From positions 64,001-128,000 of the forward strand of contig JBGARZ010000009.1 of NCBI GenBank assembly GCA_044229975.1: a stretch of DNA of 64,000 nucleotides, given 5' to 3'. Source of the stretch: Polyangiales bacterium (GTDB lineage: Bacteria > Myxococcota_A > Polyangia > Polyangiales > Ga0077539). How positions within the stretch are numbered: position 1 is the first letter of the stretch; the number at the start of each line of letters is the position of its first letter. This document shows, piece by piece, positions 33,438-42,984 of this stretch. The translations under genes were made by a program, and so were the position numbers. The notes below the pieces were generated by a model. That model was not told the origin of the DNA, did not search any database, and saw only the letters and a list, made by a program, of their open reading frames with translations.

Positions 33438-33980
33438 TCAGGACCGCAGCGCGAGTCTCATGTGCACGCGCGTCGACCAGTCGAGGCCCTCGGCCGTCTG
33501 GTCGCGCTCGATGGCCCGCAGTCCCTCGCCGCACTGATCGCGCGGAACCACCACGAAGCCGTGACGCGCGTACCACGGGGCGTTCCACGGGACGTCGACC
33601 TGCGTGTTGAGCACGATGGACGCCTCACCGTCGCCGCGCGCCCGCTCGATGACGGCGCGTAGCAACGCGTCGCCCACGCCGCGTCGCCCATGCGCGATGG
33701 CCACGCTGATCTGCCCGAGGCACGGCTCTCCGTCGACGCGGCCGACGTAGGCCCAGCCCGCGAGCTCGCCGCCCACCTCGGCGACGGTGACGCAGCCCTT
33801 CGCGATGAGCCGGCGCGCCACGTCGAGCGGGATGCCATCGCCGTCCGCGAGCTCGGGGTGCCCCACCGCGGCGAAGCGGGTGTCGGCGTCGAGCGCCACG
33901 CGAACGATCTCCGCGATGTCTTCGTCGCGCGCGAGGCGCAGCGTGAGGGAGAGACGCTGTGGGTCGGGGCGTTGGTCCAT
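33438..33980 (-). CDS. GNAT-family N-acetyltransferase
   Basis: QISV...HGRRGVGDALL, VPWNAPWYARHGF. Confidence 0.88.
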   Translation of the reverse strand: MDQRPDPQRLSLTLRLARDEDIAEIVRVALDADTRFAAVGHPELADGDGIPLDVARRLIAKGCVTVAEVGGELAGWAYVGRVDGEPCLGQISVAIAHGRRGVGDALLRAVIERARGDGEASIVLNTQVDVPWNAPWYARHGFVVVPRDQCGEGLRAIERDQTAEGLDWSTRVHMRLALRS

Positions 33981-33996
33981 GGTCGGGTGCTGTGTC

Positions 33997-34323
33997 CTAC
34001 GCCTCGGCGATGCCCCGCTCGCGGCGCGCCTTGAGGCAGTCGTCGGACCCTGCCTCCACCCGTCGGCACGGCGCCGGGCGCAGCGCGTAGATCTCGCAGC
34101 GCACCTTGCGCCCGAGCTTGCCCGAGAGCGCGGTGCACCGCTGGCCCGCGTCGAGCTTGAGGTGCGCCTTCCCCTCGGCGTCGCGCGTGACGTACCGCTG
34201 AACGAGCTTCTGGTGTCGCCAGAGGCCCTCGCGCTCGGACACGTCGACATAGGCGACGTAGCCTTCGGCGCGGTTCTCGTCGGGGTTGGTGCAGCATGCG
34301 CCGCAGCGGGTGCAATCGAGCAT
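33997..34323 (-). CDS. YkgJ-family cysteine cluster protein
   Basis: CTRCGACC...RCTAL...CEIYALRPAPCR. Confidence 0.88.
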   Translation of the reverse strand: MLDCTRCGACCTNPDENRAEGYVAYVDVSEREGLWRHQKLVQRYVTRDAEGKAHLKLDAGQRCTALSGKLGRKVRCEIYALRPAPCRRVEAGSDDCLKARRERGIAEA

Positions 34324-34440
34324 CGATCGCGAACCATAATCCCAAACGCAGCGCTTCTCGCGGGGTCGTACGTCCCACCGGTTGGGACTTCGCGACGACC
34401 GATGACGATTTCCGGTCACGAAACACACCCCCACCCGAAC

Positions 34441-35013
34441 ATGCGAGACGACCCGATGGGAGCCGAAGCAGCAGTGGTCTGGGACACCGATCCGATTGGT
34501 CAGGCGCTCGCGGCCGGCGACCCTCGCACCGCCATCGCCCTCTGCGCGCGCCGACACGGCGCGTCCATCGGGCGCCTGTGCATGGGCTGGCTGGGCTCTC
34601 AGACCGAAGCCGAAGAGGCCGTGCAGGAGACCCTCCTCGCGGCCTTCGACGGCGCGGCCAACTATCGTGCGGAGGGCAGCATCACCGCGTGGCTGTACGG
34701 CATCGCGCGGCGGGTGTGCGCCCGTCGCGTCGAGGTGCGCGGCCGACGAGAGCGCCAGCTCCGGCTGGTGGGCCCGGAGGTCGACCACGCCGACGGGGCC
34801 GACGTGCTGCTCGCCGCCCGACGCCGCGGGGAGCGGGTGCGCGTGGCGCTGGAGCAGCTCAAGCCGTCGGAGCGCGATGCGGTGGTGCTGCGCTACGAGG
34901 GGGAGCTGTCGTTTCGTGAGGTAGGGGAGAGCTGTGGCATCGACGAGGCCACCGCGCGCAAGCGGGTGAGCCGCGCCCTGGAGAAGCTGCGGTCGACGCT
35001 CGTCGACGAGTGA
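34441..35013 (+). CDS. ECF-type RNA polymerase sigma factor
   Basis: AEEAVQETLL, AWLYGIARR, LKPSERDAVVLRY, SFREVGE...ATARKRVSRA. Confidence 0.92.
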   Translation: MRDDPMGAEAAVVWDTDPIGQALAAGDPRTAIALCARRHGASIGRLCMGWLGSQTEAEEAVQETLLAAFDGAANYRAEGSITAWLYGIARRVCARRVEVRGRRERQLRLVGPEVDHADGADVLLAARRRGERVRVALEQLKPSERDAVVLRYEGELSFREVGESCGIDEATARKRVSRALEKLRSTLVDE

Positions 35014-35022
35014 GGACATCCA

Positions 35023-38000
35023 ATGATCAACCGATATGACTGCGCGCGGGTTCAAGAAGAGCTCGCGGCGCTGGCCGATGACGCCATCCCGGAAGAGGCC
35101 GCCGCGCACCTGGCCGGGTGCGACGACTGCCGCGACCTGCTCCACGACGCGCGCATCGCCGCCCAGACGCTGCGAGGCGGAGCGGGCGCGGACTTCGTCG
35201 CGATGGACGGCGACGCGCTCGCCGCGAAGGTGCTCAGTGCCATCGACGGGCGGATGTCGAAGGCGACGCCCGTGCACGGGACGCCGATGGCGGTGACCGT
35301 CGCGCAGACCTCACCCCCCAGCCCTCTCTCCCTGGCAGGAGAGGGGGAGCCGAAGGGAGAGGCACCTCTTCCCGTCGCTGTTCCTACGGCCGTTGCCTCT
35401 GCCTCTGGCTCCCCCTCTCCTGCCAGGGAGAGGGGGTTGGGGGGTGAGGTCTCGCCCCCAAAGGCGAGAGGTGAGGTCGCCCGTCGACGCATCGGCGCGT
35501 CCATCTGGGGCGCGGGGTTGTTCGCGGCGGCGGCGTCCGTGGCGGTCGTGGTGGTCGCGATGCGCGGCCCGTCGACGACACCCGCCAACGCGCCCGATGG
35601 CTCCTCGCCCGAGACGCCGCGCGGCCCCGTCGGGCCGTGGCACGCGACGCTCGGCCGGGCGCTCGGCGCGGGCGTCGAGGTGAAGGCCGCGGGCGCGTCG
35701 GACTTCGCCGCGCTGCGTGAGCGCGGGGTCATCGGGCAGGGAGCGACGGTACGCACCGACGCCCGCACCCGCGCCCGCATCGACCTCGACGACGGCACCG
35801 TGCTCGTCCTCGATCGCGCGACCACGCTGGTGCTCGACCCGAGCGCGCCACGCCACGCCCGCATCGTCGAGGGAACCCTCGTCGCCGACGTCGCCCACCG
35901 CGACGACGCCCCGCCCGCGGTGCTCACCACGGCGCAGGGAGACGTGCGGGTGCTCGGGACGAAGTTCGCCGTGAGCGCGTCCAACGATCACACCACCGTG
36001 CAGGTCACCCGCGGCGTGGTGCGGCTCGGCCAGGCGTCGAGCGACGGCGTCGAGGTGAAGACCGGCCAGGAGGCCGTGCTCGCCCGCGGTCAGGTGAGCG
36101 TGTCGCCGGCCGTCAACCTGGGCGGTCGCGTGGCGTGGTCGGAGCTCAACGCCCCCGACGACACCACCACCAGCTCCGGCCTCGGTGAGCTGCGCGCGCG
36201 CCGCCCCGGCAGCACCGCCGAACGCGATCAGGCCGTGCACCTCGCCGAGCATCAGGTGCGCGTTCGCATCGTCGGCAACGTGGCGCGCACCGAGATCGAG
36301 GAGGTGTTTCGCAACGACACGGGCAGCGAACTCGAAGGGCTCTACCGCTTTCCGCTGCCGCCCGAGGCGCAGGTGGAAGAGCTCGCCCTCGACGTCGACG
36401 GTCGCATGGAACCCGGCGCCTTCGTCGACCGCGACCGCGCGGCGGCCATCTGGCGCGGGGTCATCCACCACGCGGCGCCCAACACGCCGCCGCCGAGGGA
36501 GGAGTACGTCTGGGTGCCTGGTCCGTGGCGTGATCCGGCGCTGCTGGAGTGGCAGCGGGGTGGGCGCTTCGAGCTGCGGGTGTTTCCCATCCCGGCACGC
36601 GGCGCGCGGCGCGTGCGCATCGCGTACACGCAGACCATCGCGCCATCGGGCGGCGGACTGCGGCGCTACGTCTACCCGCTGCCCCACGACCCGGGGGGGA
36701 GCACCCGCGTCGATCACATGAGCATGGACGTGCAGGTGCTCGGCCACAGCGGGACGCAGCCCGCCCGCGTGCTGGGCTACCCCTTCGCGGCCGCCGACAC
36801 CTCCGCCGCGGCCTCGCGGTGGACCTTCGCGCGCGACAACTTCACCCCGTCGGGCGACGTGGTGATGGAGTACGCGCTCGGCGACGCGACCGTGCCGGTG
36901 ACGGCCTGGGGCTACGCCGAGCCGACCAACACCGAAGGGGCGTACGTGGCCCTCGCGCTGCGACCGCAGCTCCCGCGCTGGGGCGAGGCGAGGCCGCGGG
37001 ACTACGTCTTCGTGGTCGACGCGAGCCGCTCCATGGTGGGCGAGCGCTACGCCCGCGCGACCCGTCTGCTCAGCTCCATCGTCTCGGAGATGGACCGCCG
37101 CGATCGGCTCACGGTGCTCGCCTGCGACGTTCGGTGCGTGGCGATGCGGGAGGGGATGGTCCCGGCGAGCGCGGAGGTGTCGCGGCAGGTGAGCGGGTGG
37201 TTGCAGGCGCGCGAGCCCGCCGGCGGGAGCGACCTCGGCGCGGCGGTGCGGGCGGCGGCGAGCGCGACGCGTTCGACCCCGGACGACCGCGACGTGCGCG
37301 TGGTGTACCTGGGCGACGGCGCGTCGACGGTGGGCCACCGGCGCCCGACGACGCTGGCGCTGGAGGTGACGACGGCGCTGCCCGCGCGCAAGGCGACGTT
37401 CACCGCGGTGGCGGTAGGAGCAGAAGCGGACACCACGACGCTCGCGGCGATGGCGCGGGCGGGTGGTGGGGTGGTGGTTCCGTACCTGCCGGGCGAGGCG
37501 AGGACGGGGGCGGCGCTCTCGGTGCTCGAAGCGACGTATGGGGCGGTGCTGCGCGACCCGGAGGTGACGCTGCCGTCGGGGCTGGTGTCCATGGCGCCAG
37601 CGCGACCCGACAACCTGCGCGCGGGCTCCGAGGCCGTCATCACGGCGCGGATGCTCCCCGGCGTGCGCGAGGTCGAGGGCGAGGTGGTGCTCCGCGGAAC
37701 GGTCGCCGGCGAAGCCTTCGAGGCGCGCTACCCGATCACGGTGCGGGCGACGGAGGACGCGGGGAATGCGTTTGTTCCGCGGCTGTTTGGCGCGGCGCGC
37801 ATCGCTGATCTCGAAGCGGGCGGCGAGCCCGGCGCGCGGGCCGAGATGGTGGCGCTGTCGCAGCGGTTTCACCTGGCGAGCCGGTACACGTCGCTGCTGG
37901 TGCTGGAGAGCCCGGCGATGTTTCGCGCCTTCGGGGTGGAGCGCACGGCGGGCGGCGTGACGTGGACGGGCGAGACCGAGGCGCTCGCGACGGGCGCCAC

Positions 38001-39396
38001 GGCGACCACGGCCGATGCGAGCGGCGAGGAGGAGCAGCGCACGGCCGCGGAGGACAACGCATCGACCGAGGCGCTCGGCGGCCTGGCGGCGGCGCACGGC
38101 CGCGGAGGCGCGGCGAGCGAACGAGCGTCGACGGAGCCGGAGCCCGACATGGTCGAAGCGCCCCGTCGGGAGAACAGCGCGGGGTACGGCCATGTCCAGC
38201 AGGTGCCGGCGACGACGACGACGATGCCGCGGCCCGCGCCGGTGGTCGCGGCGGCGCCGGCCGCGCCTGCGGCGATCTCACAGGCCAACAGCGGGATGCT
38301 CGACAACGACGACCTCCAGCGGAGAGGTCCGGCGGCGGCGGCGACCCGGATGCGTCGCGACGTGGCGGTCGATCGACCGTGGGCGGGAGGCGGTCGCTGG
38401 ATGCGACGGACGTGGGTGCGTCACGCGGCGGTGAGCGCGCCGGTCGTGTCGGCGGAGTCGCTGCGGACGCGCATCGAGGCGGCGCGGCGCGCGCTCGGGG
38501 AGAACCCCAACAGCCGCGATCGTCACCGGGAGTTGTTCCGGTGGCTGTCGCTGGCGGGCGAGCTCGACGAGGCGGCGCGGGTGGCCGAGGCGTGGATCGC
38601 GCGCGACCCGCTGGACGCCGACGCGCTGATGCGGCTGTCGGACGTGGCGGCGCGGCGGGGCGATCGTCTGCGGGCGATGCGCTGGCTGGGCGGCGTGGCG
38701 GACGTTCGGCAGGACGACGCGCTGCTGCTCGACCGGCTGGCGATGATGCACGCGCGGGCCGGGGACGCCGAGACGGCGTGCGCGTACCGGGTGGCGTCGG
38801 CGGAGTCGCGGAGCAGCGACGCGACGAAGGTGGCCGAGGCGGTGCGGTGCGAGCGGGCGCTGGGGCGCGAGATGTTCGCGGGGCGGATGCTCGATCTGTT
38901 GACGGACGCGGCGCAGCGATCGCGGGCGGAGTCGCTGGCGATGGGCAGCGGGGCGGACGTGTTCGCGAGCGTGCGCGGCGAGCTGCTGGCGCAGGCGACG
39001 TGGGACGTGGGGGTCGACCTCGACGTGGTGTTCATTGATCCGAACGGGGTGCGCGTGTCGTGGCAGGGCGGCCGCGCGGGGACGACGGTCAACGAGCCGA
39101 TGGGCAACGGGCGCGAGTCGCTGGCGCTGGGTCGGCTGGCGACGGGCGACTGGCGGGTGGAGGTGGTGCGCACCGACCGCGAGGTGACGGGCGCGCAGGA
39201 CGAGGACGACGCGACGCCGCGGACGGTGGTGCGCGGGAGCGTGACGCTGACGGCGCTGGGCGAGCGGCGGGTGCTGCCGTTTACGCTGACGGGGACGCGC
39301 GCACCGGTGGGCCGCGTGGTGGTGACGCGGGAGGAGCAGCTGGTGCCAGCGGGTCCGCCGCCGCCGGGCGCGCAGTTGGAGATGAGGCGCTGGTAG
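35023..39396 (+). CDS. Putative anti-sigma factor: ZAS zinc finger, TM, FecR, VIT, vWA and TPR-like domains
   Basis: HLAGCDDC (HxxxCxxC); TM IWGAGLFAAAASVAVVVVAM; FecR VRT..DDGT..VLGTKFAV; VIT ARTEIEEVFRN..EGLYRFPLP; vWA VVDASRSM. Confidence 0.85.
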   Translation: MINRYDCARVQEELAALADDAIPEEAAAHLAGCDDCRDLLHDARIAAQTLRGGAGADFVAMDGDALAAKVLSAIDGRMSKATPVHGTPMAVTVAQTSPPSPLSLAGEGEPKGEAPLPVAVPTAVASASGSPSPARERGLGGEVSPPKARGEVARRRIGASIWGAGLFAAAASVAVVVVAMRGPSTTPANAPDGSSPETPRGPVGPWHATLGRALGAGVEVKAAGASDFAALRERGVIGQGATVRTDARTRARIDLDDGTVLVLDRATTLVLDPSAPRHARIVEGTLVADVAHRDDAPPAVLTTAQGDVRVLGTKFAVSASNDHTTVQVTRGVVRLGQASSDGVEVKTGQEAVLARGQVSVSPAVNLGGRVAWSELNAPDDTTTSSGLGELRARRPGSTAERDQAVHLAEHQVRVRIVGNVARTEIEEVFRNDTGSELEGLYRFPLPPEAQVEELALDVDGRMEPGAFVDRDRAAAIWRGVIHHAAPNTPPPREEYVWVPGPWRDPALLEWQRGGRFELRVFPIPARGARRVRIAYTQTIAPSGGGLRRYVYPLPHDPGGSTRVDHMSMDVQVLGHSGTQPARVLGYPFAAADTSAAASRWTFARDNFTPSGDVVMEYALGDATVPVTAWGYAEPTNTEGAYVALALRPQLPRWGEARPRDYVFVVDASRSMVGERYARATRLLSSIVSEMDRRDRLTVLACDVRCVAMREGMVPASAEVSRQVSGWLQAREPAGGSDLGAAVRAAASATRSTPDDRDVRVVYLGDGASTVGHRRPTTLALEVTTALPARKATFTAVAVGAEADTTTLAAMARAGGGVVVPYLPGEARTGAALSVLEATYGAVLRDPEVTLPSGLVSMAPARPDNLRAGSEAVITARMLPGVREVEGEVVLRGTVAGEAFEARYPITVRATEDAGNAFVPRLFGAARIADLEAGGEPGARAEMVALSQRFHLASRYTSLLVLESPAMFRAFGVERTAGGVTWTGETEALATGATATTADASGEEEQRTAAEDNASTEALGGLAAAHGRGGAASERASTEPEPDMVEAPRRENSAGYGHVQQVPATTTTMPRPAPVVAAAPAAPAAISQANSGMLDNDDLQRRGPAAAATRMRRDVAVDRPWAGGGRWMRRTWVRHAAVSAPVVSAESLRTRIEAARRALGENPNSRDRHRELFRWLSLAGELDEAARVAEAWIARDPLDADALMRLSDVAARRGDRLRAMRWLGGVADVRQDDALLLDRLAMMHARAGDAETACAYRVASAESRSSDATKVAEAVRCERALGREMFAGRMLDLLTDAAQRSRAESLAMGSGADVFASVRGELLAQATWDVGVDLDVVFIDPNGVRVSWQGGRAGTTVNEPMGNGRESLALGRLATGDWRVEVVRTDREVTGAQDEDDATPRTVVRGSVTLTALGERRVLPFTLTGTRAPVGRVVVTREEQLVPAGPPPPGAQLEMRRW
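35306..35452. repeat. REP-like palindromic doublet inserted in frame in the anti-sigma gene
   Basis: 46-bp arms 35306-35351 and 35407-35452 with 2 mismatches; total 147 bp = 49 codons, no stop. Confidence 0.88.
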
Positions 39397-39441
39397 ACGG
39401 GCGGGTGGGGACGGGGACGGTTTCAGCTTTTCAACTTGTTA

Positions 39442-40776
39442 GGGCGCCGCAGCAAAGTGCTCGGGCTGAACGGGCGTAGGGTGTCCAGCGCTCGCCAGAG
39501 CTCCCAGGCAGTCGGGCATGCAACTCGCGACCAACGTGACGAAGGTGTTGAAGGAGACGGCCGCCGCCTTGAAGGGCAGCGAACGTCGGCGGTTCATGGC
39601 GCGGACGGTGCGCGACCTGTTCGACGGCGTGATGAACCGAGCCGTTCGCGCGCTCGACTGGGACGAGCGGACGTTGCGCAAAGGCAAGAACGAGCTGCGC
39701 TCCGGGATCGAGTGCCTCGACGGTCGCTCCGGCGGCGGACGTCCGACGGCGCAATCGCGACTGCCGAACCTGATGCGGGATCTGCGCGACCTCGTCGATG
39801 GTCAGAGTCAGACCGATCCGCGCTTTCAAACGCAGCGGCTCTACACACGCATCACGTCGGCCGAAGTCCGTCGGCAACTCATCGCGCAGAAGGGGTACAC
39901 GGACGAGGAGTTGCCGTGTGAGGAGACGATCCGCGTCAAGCTCAACGACCTGGGATATGGGCTGCGCGCCGTGGCCAAGACCAAGCCGAAAAAAAGGTCG
40001 CCGCGACGGACGCCATCTTCGAACAGATGAGTCGTGAGCGGGCGACGGCCGCGCGTTCGCCCAACGTGCTGGAACTGTCGATGGACGCCAAGGCCGTCAT
40101 CAAGGTGGGGGAGTTCTCTCGGTACGGCGTCAGTCGCGTGCTGGTGTTTGCGCTCGATCACGACCACGGGGCCGAGGCGAAGGTGACGCCGTACGGCATC
40201 CTGCTCACAGCCCACAACGAGCTGACGGTGTCTCTGGCGACGGGGCCCGTCACGGCGGACTTCATCGTCGATCGGATCGAGGCGTGGTGGTGCGCTCACC
40301 GGGCGCGCTTTCCGGAGGTCGATACGCTCCTTTTGCTTCAGGACAACGGGCCCGAAAACCAGAGCCGTCGCACACAGTTTCTGTCGCGGATCGTGGCCTT
40401 TGCGCAGGCCCATCGGATCAACGTACGCCTCGCCTACTACCCGCCGTACCACAGCAAGTACAACCCCGTGGAGCGCTGCTGGGGCGTCCTCGAACAGCAC
40501 TGGAATGGGAGCATCTTGGACACCGTGGAGACGGTCGTGAACTTCGCTCAGACCATGACCTGGAAAGGGGTCGCGCCCGTCGTGCAACTGGTCACCACGA
40601 CGTACGCCAAGGGGATCTCGCTCACGCGTGCGGCGATGGCGAAAGTCGAGGCGCAGGTCCAGCGTCTCGCGGGCTTGGAAGCGTGGTTCGTGGAGATCCT
40701 CTGCGCGCCGAAGGCCGTGCGGGGCGACGGAGCGCACTGAACGCACCAGCACCCCGACGAGAAAACTGCGACGCCC
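39442..40776 (+). mobile_element. ISAzo13-family insertion sequence
   Basis: Ends GGGCGCCGCAG / CTGCGACGCCC (1 mismatch); TTA duplicated at 39439-39441 and 40777-40779; transposase inside. Confidence 0.88.
39518..40740 (+). CDS. ISAzo13-family DDE transposase in two frames joined by a -1 shift at an A7 run
   Basis: ORF1 QTDPRFQT..LYTRIT..KTKPKK; ORF2 SMDAKA..ALDHD..DNGPEN..YYPPYHSKYNPVERCW; A7 at 39989-39995. Confidence 0.88.
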
Positions 40777-41077
40777 TTACTGGGAGCACCGGGTCTCGCC
40801 CGCGGATGGACTCCAGGTCGCCGATGAGGTCGCTGCCTCCGTAGAGGCCGATGCCGTAGAGGTTCTCGCCGCCGCGGTTGCGGAAGAGCGTCCCGCGCGC
40901 GGCGTTGACCAGCAGCCCGAAGCGCTCGCTCGCGGAGACCTCGTTTTCCACGAACTGCGTGTCGCCGCGGGTGCCGTTGAGGTGCATCCCGTCAGCCATG
41001 GTGACGCTCCCGCTCGACGTCACCAGGCGTGCCCATGAGGGTCCGCGAAATCGCTGTCGACAGTGACCATGGCGCAT
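40777..41077 (-). pseudogene. Fragment of a parallel beta-helix-like protein, 3' end cut by the IS
   Basis: DGMHL..ENEVSASERFGLLV..RNRGGENLYGIGL repeats; with the IS removed the frame ends VLPVTS-stop. Confidence 0.45.
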
Positions 41078-41173
41078 GCGCCCACCATCAAGGCGTCACC
41101 CACCGGACCGCTGGTGACCGTAGCGAGAAGCGTTCTGGCGAGCGAGGCGGGGCGCGGCTCGATCAGGTGAGCG

Positions 41174-42487
41174 TTACCGAACCCGGATGATCCAATTCAC
41201 GCTGGCGTTCAGGGGACGACTCTCGCCGCCACCCGCAGCCTGGACTGACACCGTAACGGGAAGGGGATGACGCGAAACACCCGCGTTACCGTTGTCGTGA
41301 AAGTTTCCGCCGGTCGAAAATCCATTTCGCATCTCGCTATTTCCAATCGCTGTGCTCGAAAACGGATTTCCTCCCATCACCGCTGACGCCCCATGGTTGT
41401 GTGACCCGACCGCGCCAGACTGAACCGTGCCGACCGCGTCACCGCTCCGTCCTCCCGCTGCCATCGACGTGCGCCCGCCGCGATCTGGGTCACGTCCTGC
41501 GTTTAGATCTGCGCCGCGCAGGAAGTAGCCTCGGTAGTCAGGAAGGTTGAAGGTCAGAGCGTCTGGGGTGCCATGCGCGGTACCGATGGCCGTAAAAAGC
41601 CCAGGATAGCCGGTTCGAGAGAGGGGTCGGCCGTCGCAAAGCAACCAGCCCGAGGGAGGCGTGTCGCCCGCAAACGCAACAACTCCCCCGATCGGTGTCG
41701 TGACAGGTGGAGGCGCATCAACCTCCGCCGCCTCTGGGATGATAGTCACTAGAGCCCCACCCCCGGTCGAAACGACCAACTGCGCAGGGGGGGCAAAGAT
41801 CCGCCGTCCTGGCGCAGCGCTCGGCGAACTTGCTACGCGTCGGCGACACGACATTGACAGAAAGGAGTTGCCGATCATGGTCAGCTGACTCCTGGGTCCG
41901 GTAGGTTGATTCCGGCGCGCGTCCCAAAGTTCGCCAGCACACTGGAATGCGTCATCGGGAATCACGCGAACGTCCTGAAGGCCGATGCCCGAAGTACCCG
42001 GGCCGTTATATGACAGAGCAAGCGTGACCAGATCCGATTCGCTCCCTGAAATGGTGCGCCTGAAGTGTAGTCCTTGTCGCTCCGCCTCGACGCAAGCTCG
42101 ATAAGCTTGCATCGCATCAGGCGAGATGGTTTGGGTGAGCAGATCCTGCTCTTGCGCGGACATACTACGAGTGTCCGAGTTGGTGCACAGCGATCGCGCC
42201 AATGTCTCCAACTGAGCATACGACATACGAGCATCGACTCCGAAAAACGGAGCGTCGACCATCACGCTTGCAGCGACGTTGGTTTGCGATAGTGACTGGT
42301 ACGTCGAGCACATCGACTGCACCGCGGAGGAAGCTTGCTGCGCCGTACTGCGGGTTCGGACGGAGTTGTACACCCCGAGCCGGAGTTGATCGACGCACGA
42401 TGTATTGAGATTGTTTTGCGCACAGACCTCCACTGAGGAGATGAATAGTGCCAGAGCTGTTACTATGGCGATTCCGAACTTGTTCAT
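41174..42487 (-). CDS. Secreted protein with C-terminal phage tail-collar domain
   Basis: Signal peptide MNKFGIAIVTALALFISSVEVCA; PIGGVVAFAG..GWLLCDG..YPGLFTAIG..FNLPDYRGYFLRG; ESRPLN; visibly lower GC. Confidence 0.85.
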   Translation of the reverse strand: MNKFGIAIVTALALFISSVEVCAQNNLNTSCVDQLRLGVYNSVRTRSTAQQASSAVQSMCSTYQSLSQTNVAASVMVDAPFFGVDARMSYAQLETLARSLCTNSDTRSMSAQEQDLLTQTISPDAMQAYRACVEAERQGLHFRRTISGSESDLVTLALSYNGPGTSGIGLQDVRVIPDDAFQCAGELWDARRNQPTGPRSQLTMIGNSFLSMSCRRRVASSPSAAPGRRIFAPPAQLVVSTGGGALVTIIPEAAEVDAPPPVTTPIGGVVAFAGDTPPSGWLLCDGRPLSRTGYPGLFTAIGTAHGTPDALTFNLPDYRGYFLRGADLNAGRDPDRGGRTSMAAGGRSGDAVGTVQSGAVGSHNHGASAVMGGNPFSSTAIGNSEMRNGFSTGGNFHDNGNAGVSRHPLPVTVSVQAAGGGESRPLNASVNWIIRVR

Positions 42488-42984
42488 TCGCTACTCCGAA
42501 GATTGAGTGTTGCACTGGGAGCTTTGATCAGAGACCGACGCTAGTTGGTCGTCGCACAGGAGTCTTCAGCCGAGCGCACGGAATGTGATGTTGTGTGCAC
42601 CGAAGTCGAGCACCATGCCTTTGGTATGGACTCAGCAGCCACCCGTAGCTCGGTGGTAGTCCGCTACGGGCTTCGCCGTCAAGTCCTCAAGTGAGCACGC
42701 GACCATCGCTCCTGACAAGCGAAAGTACCAAGTGCGTCTGAGCTTCTGGCGATACGTCGCAGCCGCAATGCTTCGCCCCCGCCACGCGCCACCTTCCCCC
42801 TACCTACGCGACAGCGACGATCGGCTCTTCGCCAACGTAACCCTACCCATGTGCCCGCTTGGCGACGGCCGCTCCACGACACAATGATCGCTCTACCATT
42901 GGGTCTGGCGAGGCCGCGAAAACAGGTTCAGCTTTTCGCCTCTGCCCCAGCACAACGTGAAAAGCTGAAACCGTCCCCTCCCCC

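Larger units (their letters stand above)
39413..42978. other. Accessory segment bracketed by perfect 21-bp inverted repeats
   Basis: GGGGACGGTTTCAGCTTTTCA (39413-39433) and its reverse complement (42958-42978) flank an IS, a gene remnant and a lower-GC gene. Confidence 0.7.

Noticed and set aside
35311..38193. Long antisense and alternative-frame ORFs (this 960-aa one, 43949-46756, 11824-13923 and many others)
   Set aside because: Arg/Ala/Pro-rich shadow frames expected at this GC content, overlapping well-supported genes.
41174..42487. Prophage or contractile injection system suggested by the tail-collar domain
   Set aside because: No other structural, integrase or packaging genes anywhere in the window.
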